This document shows, piece by piece, positions 27,099-41,579 of a stretch of DNA of 64,000 bases (its first letter is position 1; every line of letters begins with the position of its first letter). Both the position numbers and the translations under genes were made by a program. Under the pieces are notes generated by a model. That model had not been told where the DNA came from and searched no databases. It saw only the letters and a program-made list of their open reading frames with translations. The stretch spans positions 330,398,001-330,462,000 of the forward strand of contig OZ024741.1 of NCBI GenBank assembly GCA_964016885.1. The letters are read 5' to 3'. Source of the DNA: Eledone cirrhosa (Eukaryota).

Positions 27099-27411
27099 AT
27101 ATATATATATGTCATATATATAATAACATATATATGTAATATATATATATATATACATATAATTATATATATATATATTATATATATATATAACATATAT
27201 ATGTTATATATATATATATAACATATATATTATATATATATATATAACATATATATGTTATATATATATATATAACTATATATATATATATATATAACAT
27301 ATATATTTATATCATAAATATAACATATATAATATATATATATATCATATATATATATATAACATATATAATATAATATATATATATAACATTATCATAT
27401 ATATATATAAC

Positions 27412-27444
<33 letters not shown>

Positions 27445-27472
27445 ATAAATATATAATATATATATATAATAT

Positions 27473-27516
<44 letters not shown>

Positions 27517-27592
27517 TATATATATACTATATATATATATATAATATATATATAATATATATATATAACATATATATATATATATATATATA

Positions 27593-27630
<38 letters not shown>

Positions 27631-27748
27631 TATATATAACTATATAATATATATATATATATATATAACATATATATATATAATATATATATATATAATA
27701 TATATATATAACTATATATATATACTATATATATATATAATATAACAT

Positions 27749-27781
<33 letters not shown>

Positions 27782-27811
27782 CATATATATATATAAATAT
27801 ATATATAATAT

Positions 27812-27843
<32 letters not shown>

Positions 27844-27885
27844 ATATATAACATATATATATATATAACATATATATATAACTTA

Positions 27886-27954
<69 letters not shown>

Positions 27955-28868
27955 ATAATAATAAAATTGAAGACTAAAATCCAGAGAGGGCTCGATATGG
28001 AAAATATATATCAAATATATAAGAACCGAAGAGCAAATAATTTTATATTATATTATATTATATTTTTTATATTATATTATATTATATTTTTATATTCCCT
28101 TTACGATCTGAGTTCAAATCCCGCCGAGTTGACTTTGCCTTTCTTATCCTTACGGGGTCGATAAAATAAAGTACCAGTAATGCACTGGGTAATTGCTGGC
28201 CTTGTGCCTAAAGTAGAAACAATTATATTATATTTTTATATTACAGAGTTAAGAACCAAGTAAATAAATACAATACAGAAGTAATAGGAACAAATATATA
28301 CATACACGCAAACAGATACGTACATACACAAGCATACGCAAAACCTTACCATAGGTATACAAAACACACGCACATATAAATATGTGTATGTGTGTATGCT
28401 TGTGTACAAATAAATAAATATTTATATAAACGTATATAAGTAAATAAATACGTATACAACATTACTTCTGTATTGTATTTATTTACTTGGTTCTTAACTC
28501 TGTAGCGGAGATTCATTCGGTCTCCTAGTTAGAATTTTAGTCTACGACTTCTGCTAATACCATTTACGAGGTTTTGTCTTTGCACGCTATTGTTCTCCAC
28601 GCTCCACATATGACTTATTATCTTCGTTTTTCCGTTCATTGCCAGAGAACGTCCTCTATGCACCACTTAGAGAACATTAGTCTACGACCTCTTTTATACC
28701 ATAAACGTGGTTCTGTCCTTGCACGTAATTGTTTTTCACTGCTCCTATTAATGACGTATTATTCGTTTTTTTCACGTTCTTTGCCAGCGAACGTCACCAT
28801 GAACCAAAGTATCGTCGTCCTGTCTTCCTCCGGTTGCAACGTTTTTTGAAATATCCAGTTCTGCGTTT

Positions 28869-28943
28869 ACAGATTGACTTTGTTAGTTTCAGAAGATCCC
28901 GTTAGGGTGAAAGCAGCGATTCTTTGCTTAAACTTTAATCTGT
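28869..28943 (+). ncRNA. Hammerhead motif, U4A variant
   Basis: acagattga..AGTTT-CAGAAGA-t ccc gtta ggg t-GAAA-gca gcgattctt tgc-TT-AAACT-ttaatctgt, with an extended bulged stem I. Confidence 0.65.
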
Positions 28944-28970
28944 TATTTTAATAAATATATATATATATAT

Positions 28971-29080
28971 GAGAGACGTAAAGTAAGAAAATTATAAAAT
29001 TAACTTACTTACTAAAATATCACTTCCAAAGTGATATTTTAGTAAGTTAATTTATATTAATTTTCTTATTTTACGTCTCA
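28971..29080. repeat. About 110-bp palindrome (also at 32368-32477 and 36270-36378)
   Basis: gagagacgta..aaaatatcact tccaa agtgatatttt..tacgtctc. Confidence 0.9.
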
Positions 29081-29123
29081 TATATATATATATATATATA
29101 TATACTATATATATTATATATAT

Positions 29124-29201
<78 letters not shown>

Positions 29202-29250
29202 TATATATATATATTATATATATATGTGTTATATATATATATATATATGT

Positions 29251-29323
<73 letters not shown>

Positions 29324-29357
29324 ATATTTTATATAAATATATATAATATAATATATT

Positions 29358-29391
<34 letters not shown>

Positions 29392-29420
29392 AATATATTA
29401 TAACATATATATATATATAT

Positions 29421-29459
<39 letters not shown>

Positions 29460-29475
29460 CATATATATATATAAC

Positions 29476-29513
<38 letters not shown>

Positions 29514-29648
29514 ACATATTATATATATATATATATATATAGCATATATATATATATATATAATAACATATATATATATATATATATAACATATATATAT
29601 ATATATATATATATAACATATATATATATAACATATATATATATATAT

Positions 29649-29721
<73 letters not shown>

Positions 29722-29778
29722 CATATACATATATATATATTATATAACATATACATTATATATATATATAAATATAAC

Positions 29779-29826
<48 letters not shown>

Positions 29827-29877
29827 CATATATATAATATATTATATATAAATACATATATATATATATATATATAT

Positions 29878-29948
<71 letters not shown>

Positions 29949-30149
29949 CATATATTATAATACAATATATATATATATAAATATATATATAACATATATT
30001 ATAATTATATATATATATATATATATATATAACATATATATATAATATATATATATAATATATATATATATATTATATATAATATATATATATATATAAC
30101 ATATATATATATATATAATATATAATATATATATATATAAATATAAAAC

Positions 30150-30185
<36 letters not shown>

Positions 30186-30674
30186 ACATATATATATATA
30201 TATATAACATATATTATATATATATATATATATAATATATATAACATATATATACATATAACATATATGTATATAACATATATATATATAACATTATATA
30301 TATATATAACATATATATATATATATAACATATATATATATAACATATATATATATAACATATATATATATATAACATATATATATATATATAACATATA
30401 TATATATATATATATAACATATATATTATAAATATATATATATTAACATATATATATATATATTAATATAATATAACATATATATGTTATATATATATAT
30501 ATAACATATATATATATATATATATATATATAACATATATATGTTATATATATATATAACATATATATATATATATATATATATATAAACATATATATGT
30601 TATTAATATATATATAACATATATATATATATATATAACATATAATATATATATATATAACAATATATATATAT

Positions 30675-30706
<32 letters not shown>

Positions 30707-30748
30707 ACATATATATATATATATATAACATATATATATATATATATA

Positions 30749-30783
<35 letters not shown>

Positions 30784-30827
30784 TATATAATATATATAAC
30801 ATATATATATATAACATATATATATTA

Positions 30828-30868
<41 letters not shown>

Positions 30869-30880
30869 TATATAATATAT

Positions 30881-30913
<33 letters not shown>

Positions 30914-30921
30914 TATAACAT

Positions 30922-30959
<38 letters not shown>

Positions 30960-31156
30960 ACATATATATATATAACATATATATATATAACATATATATA
31001 TATATAATATATATATATAATATTATATATATATATATATATTATTATAATATATATATATATAGATAATAATATATATATATATAACATATATATATAT
31101 AATATATATATATATATAGATATAATTATATATATTATAACATATATATATATAAC

Positions 31157-31242
<86 letters not shown>

Positions 31243-31275
31243 TAACATATATATATATATATATATATAACATAT

Positions 31276-31311
<36 letters not shown>

Positions 31312-32282
31312 ACATATATATATATATAACATATATATATATATATATATATAGTAATAATAATAAAATTGAAGACTAAAATCCAGAGAGGGCTCGATAT
31401 GGAAAATATATATCAAATATATAAGAACCGAAGAGCAAATAATTTTATATATATTATATTATTATATTTTATATTATATTATATTATATTTTTATATTCC
31501 CTTTACGATCTGAGTTCAAATCCCGCCGAGGTTGACTTTGCCTTTCATCCTTACGGGGTCGATAAAATAAAGTACCAGTAATGCACTGGGTAATTGCTGG
31601 CCTTGTGCCTAAAGTAGAAACAATTATATTATATTTTTATATTACAGAGTTAAGAACCAAGTAAATAAATACAATACAGAAGTAATAGGAACAAATAAAT
31701 ACATACACGCAAACAGATACGTACATACACAAGCATACGCAAAACCTTACCATAGGTATACAAAACCACGCACATATAAATATGTGTATGTGTGTATGCT
31801 TGTGTACAAATAAATAAATATTTATATAAACGTATATAAGTAAATAAATACGTATACAACATTACTTCTGTATTGTATTTATTTACTTGGTTCTTAACTC
31901 TGTAGCGGAGATTCATTCGGTCTCCTAGTTAGAATTTTAGTCTACGACTTCTGCTTATACCATTTACGAGGTTTTGTCTTTGCACGCTATTGTTCTCCAC
32001 GCTCCACATATGACTTATTATCTTCGTTTTTCCGTTCATTGCCAGAGAACGTCTCTATGCACCACTTAGAGAACATTAGTCTACGACCTCTTTTATACCA
32101 TAAACGTGGTTCTGTCCTTGCACGTAATTGTTTTTCACTGCTCCTATTAATGACGTATTATTCGTTTTTTCACGTTCTTTGCCAGCGAACGTCACCATGA
32201 ACCAAAGTATCGTCTTCCTGTCTTTCCTCCGTTGCAACGTTTTTTGAAATATCCAGTTCTGCGTTTACAGATTGACTTTGTT

Positions 32283-32332
32283 AGTTTCAGAAGATCCGTT
32301 AAGGGTGAAAGCAGCGATTCTTTGCTTAAACT
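32283..32332 (+). ncRNA. Second copy of the U4A hammerhead motif
   Basis: Same motif in the duplicated block. Confidence 0.6.
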
Positions 32333-32477
32333 TTAATCTGTTATTTTAATAAATTATATATATATATGAGAGACGTAAAGTAAGAAAATTATAAAATTAA
32401 CTTACTTACTAAAATATCACTTCCAAAGTGGATATTTTAGTAAGTTAATTTTATAATTTTCTTATTTTACGTCTCTC

Positions 32478-32561
<84 letters not shown>

Positions 32562-32689
32562 TATTATATATATATATTATATATATATATATATGTTATT
32601 ATATATATATATATATATATATGTGTTATATATATATATATATATGTTATATATATATATAAATATATATATATTTATATATATATATT

Positions 32690-32786
<97 letters not shown>

Positions 32787-32852
32787 ATATATAACATATA
32801 TATATATATATAACATATATATATATATATATATATAATATATATATATAAC

Positions 32853-32883
<31 letters not shown>

Positions 32884-32886
32884 AAC

Positions 32887-32917
<31 letters not shown>

Positions 32918-33191
32918 ACATATATAATATATTATAACTATATATAACATATATATATATATATAACATAATATAATATATCTATATATATATAACACAT
33001 ATATATATATATATAATAATATATTATATTTATATAACATATATATATATATATATAACATATATATATATATATATATATAACATATATATATATATAT
33101 AATATATATATATATAACATATATATATATTATATATATATATAACATATATATATATATATATATAAACATATATATATATATATATATA

Positions 33192-33231
<40 letters not shown>

Positions 33232-33242
33232 CTATAATATAT

Positions 33243-33295
<53 letters not shown>

Positions 33296-33368
33296 ATATA
33301 ATATATATATATTATATATAATATATAAATATTATATATATTATATATAATATATATTATATATATAT

Positions 33369-33465
<97 letters not shown>

Positions 33466-33494
33466 ACATATATATATATATATATATATATAAA

Positions 33495-33561
<67 letters not shown>

Positions 33562-33572
33562 ATATAATATAT

Positions 33573-33607
<35 letters not shown>

Positions 33608-33626
33608 ATATTATATATATATATAT

Positions 33627-33679
<53 letters not shown>

Positions 33680-33681
33680 AC

Positions 33682-33746
<65 letters not shown>

Positions 33747-33747
33747 C

Positions 33748-33793
<46 letters not shown>

Positions 33794-33807
33794 ACATATA
33801 TATATAT

Positions 33808-33862
<55 letters not shown>

Positions 33863-33901
33863 ACATATATATATATAACATATATATATATATATAACAA
33901 T

Positions 33902-33935
<34 letters not shown>

Positions 33936-33964
33936 ACATATATATATATATATAACATATATAT

Positions 33965-33996
<32 letters not shown>

Positions 33997-34080
33997 ACAT
34001 ATATATATATATATAACATATATATATATATATAACATATATATATATATATTATAATCATATATATATATATAACATAT

Positions 34081-34124
<44 letters not shown>

Positions 34125-34137
34125 ATATATATATATA

Positions 34138-34169
<32 letters not shown>

Positions 34170-34171
34170 AC

Positions 34172-34208
<37 letters not shown>

Positions 34209-34303
34209 ACATATATATATATATATAACATATATATATACTATATATATATATAACATATATAATATATATAATAACATATATATAATATATATATAAC
34301 ATA

Positions 34304-34335
<32 letters not shown>

Positions 34336-34581
34336 ACATATATATATATATATAACATATATATAATATATATATATTAACATATATATATATATATATA
34401 TAACATATATATATATATATAACATATATATATATATATATATAACATATATATATATATATAACATATATATATTATATATATATAAACATATATATAT
34501 ATATATAACATATATATATATATATATATTAACAAATATATATATATATATAACATATATATATATAATATATATAACATA

Positions 34582-34613
<32 letters not shown>

Positions 34614-34633
34614 ACATATATAATATATATATA

Positions 34634-34678
<45 letters not shown>

Positions 34679-34781
34679 CATATAAATATATATATATAAC
34701 ATATATATATATATATATATATATAACATATATATATATATATATATATATATAACATATATATATATATATATAATATAT

Positions 34782-34852
<71 letters not shown>

Positions 34853-34861
34853 ATATAATAT

Positions 34862-34895
<34 letters not shown>

Positions 34896-34911
34896 ATATA
34901 TAAATATATAT

Positions 34912-34943
<32 letters not shown>

Positions 34944-35119
34944 ATATAGATATATATATATATATACATATATTATATATATATATAATAATATATATAT
35001 ATATATATATATAATATATATATATATATTTATTATATTATAATATATATATTATATAAATATATATAATATAATATATATATAATATATATATAATATA
35101 ATATATATATATATATAAC

Positions 35120-35150
<31 letters not shown>

Positions 35151-35163
35151 GATATATATATAT

Positions 35164-35218
<55 letters not shown>

Positions 35219-35220
35219 AT

Positions 35221-35251
<31 letters not shown>

Positions 35252-35435
35252 ACAATATATATATATATATAATATGATATATATATATATATATAACATA
35301 TATATATTATATATATAATAATATATATATATATATATATAATATATATAATATAATATATATATTATATATAACATATATATATATATATATATGATAT
35401 ATATATATATATATATAACATATATATATATATAT

Positions 35436-35475
<40 letters not shown>

Positions 35476-35526
35476 TATATATATATATATAATGTTATAT
35501 ATATATAATATATACATATATAATAT

Positions 35527-35559
<33 letters not shown>

Positions 35560-35599
35560 TATATATAATATATATATATATAATATATATATATATATA

Positions 35600-35637
<38 letters not shown>

Positions 35638-35664
35638 TATATATATATAATATATTTATATATA

Positions 35665-35704
<40 letters not shown>

Positions 35705-35746
35705 TATAATATATATATATATATTATATATATTATATATAATATA

Positions 35747-35852
<106 letters not shown>

Positions 35853-35991
35853 ATATATATGGAAAGTTATATTTAAAATTGTTGGGTTACAACTAGTAAA
35901 TATTTATAACTGATATAAAAGCACTCGACAAATATTTGGAGTATATTTACAATATTAAATAAATGGAAAACTATATTTATAAAACCATATT

Positions 35992-36057
35992 TATTTCATT
36001 ATATATATTTCGGGGATATCATATTAACAATATGCTATGCCTTCATCAGACAAAATA
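35992..36057 (-). ncRNA. Type I hammerhead ribozyme motif
   Basis: TATTTTGT-CTGATGA-aggcatag catatt gtt aatatg atatcccc-GAAA-tatata-TA-ATGAAATA. A rearranged relative lies at about 350-505. Confidence 0.7.
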
Positions 36058-36164
36058 CAATATAAACAGTTTTATAGATAAATAGATTCGACATACCGTT
36101 ATAACACCGACTTCATTCACGTCTCTCATATATATATAAACATATATATATATATATATATAAT

Positions 36165-36261
<97 letters not shown>

Positions 36262-36493
36262 ATATATATGAGAGACGTGAATTAAGAAAATTATAAAATT
36301 AACTTACTTACTAAAATATCACTTCCAAAGTGATATTTTAATAAGTTAATTTTATAATTTTCTTATTTTACGTCTCTCATATTATTGTTCTGCAACCCCA
36401 TGCATTGAACCACAAAGTTACTAAGACAAAACCTATATATTTGCTAGCATTGATATGCATCTGTATGAATATATATGTTACTAGATATTAATT

Positions 36494-36579
<86 letters not shown>

Positions 36580-36607
36580 ACATATATATATATATATATA
36601 TATATAT

Positions 36608-36678
<71 letters not shown>

Positions 36679-36695
36679 CATATATATATATATAT

Positions 36696-36763
<68 letters not shown>

Positions 36764-36764
36764 C

Positions 36765-36795
<31 letters not shown>

Positions 36796-36972
36796 ATAAA
36801 CATATATATATATATAAACATATATATATATATAAACATATATATATATGAATATAGACATAGAATATTCGAAAATATTCTGTATGTTTATAATAAACAT
36901 TTTGAAGACCTAATCGCTATAGAATAGAATACGTCACGTATTACAATTAGATTCTCGATAAAAGCAAGGGAA

Positions 36973-37015
36973 GTAATCTACGCGTTTCATTCTTGTTAGA
37001 AATCATCAGGACTAC
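36973..37015 (-). ncRNA. Minimal type I hammerhead ribozyme (array copy 1)
   Basis: GTAGTC-CTGATGA-t ttct aaca agaa t-GAAA-cgcg-TA-GATTAC. Confidence 0.88.
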
Positions 37016-37282
37016 ATATCCAGTGCTTTTATCGAGAATGACACAGCTAGAGACTTATAGAATACTTAGCTGTGTACAGGAACTGGTTTGAAAGAGCGGT
37101 TGCCGGTCCGGCAGAAATTAGAAATTGGAATAAATGCTCTGAAATAGCGATATATATGTGAATATAGACATAGAATATTCGAAAATATTCTGTATGTTTA
37201 TAATAAACATTTTGAAGACCTAATCGCTATAGAATAGAATACGTCACGTATTACAATTAGATTCTCGATAAAAGCAAGGGAA

Positions 37283-37325
37283 GTAATCTACGCGTTTCAT
37301 TCTTGTTAGAAATCATCAGGACTAC
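37283..37325 (-). ncRNA. Minimal type I hammerhead ribozyme (array copy 2)
   Basis: Same sequence as copy 1. Confidence 0.88.
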
Positions 37326-37592
37326 ATATCCAGTGCTTTTATCGAGAATGACACAGCTAGAGACTTATAGAATACTTAGCTGTGTACAGGAACTGGTTTG
37401 AAAGAGCGGTTGCCGGTCCGGCAGAAATTAGAAATTGGAATAAATGCTCTGAAATAGCGATATATATGTGAATATAGACATAGAATATTCGAAAATATTC
37501 TGTATGTTTATAATAAACATTTTGAAGACCTAATCGCTATAGAATAGAATACGTCACGTATTACAATTAGATTCTCGATAAAAGCAAGGGAA

Positions 37593-37635
37593 GTAATCTA
37601 CGCGTTTCATTCTTGTTAGAAATCATCAGGACTAC
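37593..37635 (-). ncRNA. Minimal type I hammerhead ribozyme (array copy 3)
   Basis: Same sequence as copy 1. Confidence 0.88.
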
Positions 37636-37902
37636 ATATCCAGTGCTTTTATCGAGAATGACACAGCTAGAGACTTATAGAATACTTAGCTGTGTACAGG
37701 AACTGGTTTGAAAGAGCGGTTGCCGGTCCGGCAGAAATTAGAAATTGGAATAAATGCTCTGAAATAGCGATATATATGTGAATATAGACATAGAATATTC
37801 GAAAATATTCTGTATGTTTATAATAAACATTTTGAAGACCTAATCGCTATAGAATAGAATACGTCACGTATTACAATTAGATTCTCGATAAAAGCAAGGG
37901 AA

Positions 37903-37945
37903 GTAATCTACGCGTTTCATTCTTGTTAGAAATCATCAGGACTAC
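37903..37945 (-). ncRNA. Minimal type I hammerhead ribozyme (array copy 4)
   Basis: Same sequence as copy 1. Confidence 0.88.
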
Positions 37946-38344
37946 ATATCCAGTGCTTTTATCGAGAATGACACAGCTAGAGACTTATAGAATACTTAGC
38001 TGTGTACAGGAACTGGTTTGAAAGAGCGGTTGCCGGTCCGGCAGAAATTAGAAATTGGAATAAATGCTCTGAAATAGCGATATATATGTGAATATAGACA
38101 TAGAATATTCGAAAATATTCTGTATTATATATAAAATATATAAAAAAAAATGTTTATTATAAACATACAGAATATTTTCGAATATTCTATGTCTATATTC
38201 ACATATATATCGCTATTTCAGAGCATTTATTCCAATTTCTAATTTCTGCCGGACCGGCAACCGCTCTTTCAAACCAGTTCCTGTACACAGCTAAGTATTC
38301 TATAAGTCTCTAGCTGTGTCATTCTCGATAAAAGCACTGGATAT

Positions 38345-38387
38345 GTAGTCCTGATGATTTCTAACAAGAATGAAACGCGTAGATTAC
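38345..38387 (+). ncRNA. Minimal type I hammerhead ribozyme (array copy 5, inverted block)
   Basis: gtagtcctgatgatttctaacaagaatgaaacgcgtagattac; predicted cleavage after GUA at 38381. Confidence 0.88.
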
Positions 38388-38654
38388 TTCCCTTGCTTTT
38401 ATCGAGAATCTAATTGTAATACGTGACGTATTCTATTCTATAGCGATTAGGTCTTCAAAATGTTTATTATAAACATACAGAATATTTTCGAATATTCTAT
38501 GTCTATATTCACATATATATCGCTATTTCAGAGCATTTATTCCAATTTCTAATTTCTGCCGGACCGGCAACCGCTCTTTCAAACCAGTTCCTGTACACAG
38601 CTAAGTATTCTATAAGTCTCTAGCTGTGTCATTCTCGATAAAAGCACTGGATAT

Positions 38655-38697
38655 GTAGTCCTGATGATTTCTAACAAGAATGAAACGCGTAGATTAC
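38655..38697 (+). ncRNA. Minimal type I hammerhead ribozyme (array copy 6, inverted block)
   Basis: Same sequence as copy 5. Confidence 0.88.
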
Positions 38698-38870
38698 TTC
38701 CCTTGCTTTTATCGAGAATCTAATTGTAATACGTGACGTATTCTATTCTATAGCGATTAGGTCTTCAAAATGTTTATTATAAACATACAGAATATTTTCG
38801 AATATTCTATGTCTATATTCACATATATATCGCTATTTCAGAGCATTTATTCCAATATATATATATATAT

Positions 38871-38911
<41 letters not shown>

Positions 38912-38912
38912 C

Positions 38913-38949
<37 letters not shown>

Positions 38950-39020
38950 ATATATATATAAACATATATATATATATATAAAAATATATATATATATTTA
39001 TAAACATATCTATATATATA

Positions 39021-39098
<78 letters not shown>

Positions 39099-39100
39099 AT

Positions 39101-40082
39101 AAAGAATTAATATATCTACCGACATATGTATACAGATGCATACCTACGCTTGCAGATATATATGTTTTGTCTTAGTAACTTTGTAGTTCTATGCAGGGGA
39201 ATGCAGAACAATTATATGAAAGACGTAAATAAGAAAGTTATGAAAATTGACTTACTTACTAAAATTTCACTCCAACTAATTAGTTTCTGTAAGGGGATAA
39301 ATACAGTTATGTAATACCTGTAGAGAAGCCTTACCTCATCAGGGAGTCTATTCTCAGCTAAGCCACCAGGCAATGCGGGGACACTGGAAGCTTATATAAC
39401 AATAATTCAGTGGATGGAAAAAAGCGAAAAAATCGAGCGGGGCTAGATTCTAAGCACTGAAAAATTCGCTGCCTCCTTGGTCAAGTGGCAAATTCAAAAG
39501 AATTAATCACGTGACACTGAGGTTAACCAGCTCGGAGTGGGGGTGCTATTAAGACAGAGCCTAGCCACTACTATCAGTCACAGTAGTAATTTGGCAAATT
39601 TTGCTCAACAAATAATTTGGAGAAGAATATAAAGAATTAATATATCTACCGACATATGTATACAGATGCATACCTCCACTAGCAGATATATATGTTTTGT
39701 CTTAGTAACTTTGTAGTTCTATGCAGGGGAATGCAGAACAATTATATGAAAGACGTAAATAAGAAAGTTATGAAAATTGACTTACTTACTAAAATTTCAC
39801 TCCAACTAATTAGTTTCTGTAAGGGGATAAATACAGTTATGTAATACCTGTAGAGAAGCCTTACGTAATCAGGGAGTCTATTCTCAGCTAAGCCACCAGG
39901 CAATGCGGGGACACTCGAAGCTTATATAACAATAATTCAGTGGATGGAAAAAAGCGAAAAAATCGAGTGGAGTGTCCCCGCATTGCCTGGTGGCTTAGCT
40001 GAGAATAGACTCCCAGATGACGTAAGGCTTCTCTACAGGTATTACATAACTGTATTTATCTCCTTACAGAAACTAATTAGTT
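39101..40082. mobile_element. 530-bp HHR-containing tandem repeat (about 1.6 copies) plus an inverted fragment at 39969-40082
   Basis: Units start at 39101 and 39631; the final fragment is the reverse complement of the HHR region. Confidence 0.85.
39269..39347 (-). ncRNA. Type I hammerhead ribozyme motif (variant copies at 39799-39877 minus and 40009-40082 plus)
   Basis: ACTCC-CTGATGA-g gtaagg...ccttac a-GAAA-ctaattag-TT-GGAGT. The other copies have cores CTGATTA and CAGATGA. Confidence 0.78.
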
Positions 40083-41053
40083 AAGCAATATTTTAAGGTT
40101 CCAACTTTCTGCCGGACTGTTGGGTGGGTTTTAATGGCGGCGCGACCAGCCCCCTGGCGCACGGGCTTACTTGGAGTGCTTGGAAAAATAAATTTCCACT
40201 TCTTTCAGTAAATGAAAATATTCGGCGTAGCTTAATTCGCCCTGGGGCCCAGAGCGCGGCCGGTGTTTTAACCGCCACATAGTACCTTTAAATTACAGAT
40301 CAAATCGGAACTATTAGATATATCAACCTGAAAATGTTAAACTGTTTAACTTTAAATTTTCTAATCTCTTTAATATTGAATATTTATTATTAATTTTTTA
40401 ACTTCATCCTATAAGTCTAAACATTGTAACACACTGACCCCCAATATATTCACCTCTGCTAAGATGCGGGTCCCTGTGAACATTCTCTCGCGCCACTCCT
40501 GGGATTGTGTGCGTGTGTGTGTTTGTGTGTATGTGTGTGTATGTTTGTGTGTGTAGTGCCCTCCTGGCCTGACAGTGGTCTGACATTAATATCGACCTTT
40601 CTTCCTCTTTCTTTCTATCTTCCTTCTTGTAGCCATAAACCCTTACTTTTCTACTTCTCCCTTCTCTTCCTTCTCTTCTTCCTTCTTCCTGTCTTCCTCC
40701 CGCAGACTTATCTTCCTTCCCCCTTTTGTTTGCCTATATCTGACCGGTAGTAGTTGTCTTCTTTCTTATAGCTGACATTAACCCTGGCTTCTCTTTTTCT
40801 TCCTTCCCCCTTCTTCTCTCTCCTTCCTTTCTTTCTTTCTTTCTTTTATCTTGTGGTATGAGATTGACGCTAACTTATGTTCCCATCCCTTTCTGTTTTC
40901 ATTTATCTGACCGGTAGTAGCACACTGTAAACTTTAGCCACGTCACTCGAGGGCGACTGGGTGAGGTTGAAGGAGCAGGATAGCGGTCGCCCTCGTGTCC
41001 TCGATTTTCAGCCCCATGGATTTTATCTATTACATTCACGTATTATATTTCGA

Positions 41054-41111
41054 ATACCTGATGATATCACCGGATTCATACGGAACCCGGTCATTGAAAT
41101 GATCATAGTAT
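41054..41111 (+). ncRNA. Type I hammerhead ribozyme motif
   Basis: ATAC-CTGATGA-tatc accgg attcatacggaac ccggt catt-GAAA-tgatca-TA-GTAT. Confidence 0.78.
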
Positions 41112-41217
41112 AATAAACCTTTCAAGGATTTACACAAATCCAGCCTCCTGTCATTTCATTATAATTATATATATATAAACATATATATATATAAACATAT
41201 ATATATATATATATATA

Positions 41218-41284
<67 letters not shown>

Positions 41285-41440
41285 AACATATACATATATA
41301 TATATGTTTATATATATATATATATATATATAAACATATATATATATATATAAACATATATATATATATAAACATATACATATATATATAAACATATATA
41401 TATATATATATATAAACATATATATATATATATATATATA

Positions 41441-41487
<47 letters not shown>

Positions 41488-41579
41488 ATATATATATATA
41501 TATATATAAACATATATATATATATATATATATATAAACATATATATATATATATATATATATAAATTAATAAAAATAA

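Larger units (their letters stand above)
36849..38855. mobile_element. 310-bp non-coding tandem array with an inverted block; retrozyme-like
   Basis: Units start at 36851, 37161, 37471, 37781 and 38091 (partial). Inverted units start at 38151, 38461 and 38771 (partial). Each full unit has one HHR. Confidence 0.9.

Noticed and set aside
27960-28040. TTGAAGA..GAAA-atatata-TC and CCGAAGA as hammerhead parts
   Set aside because: No stem I or stem II pairing could be found by eye.
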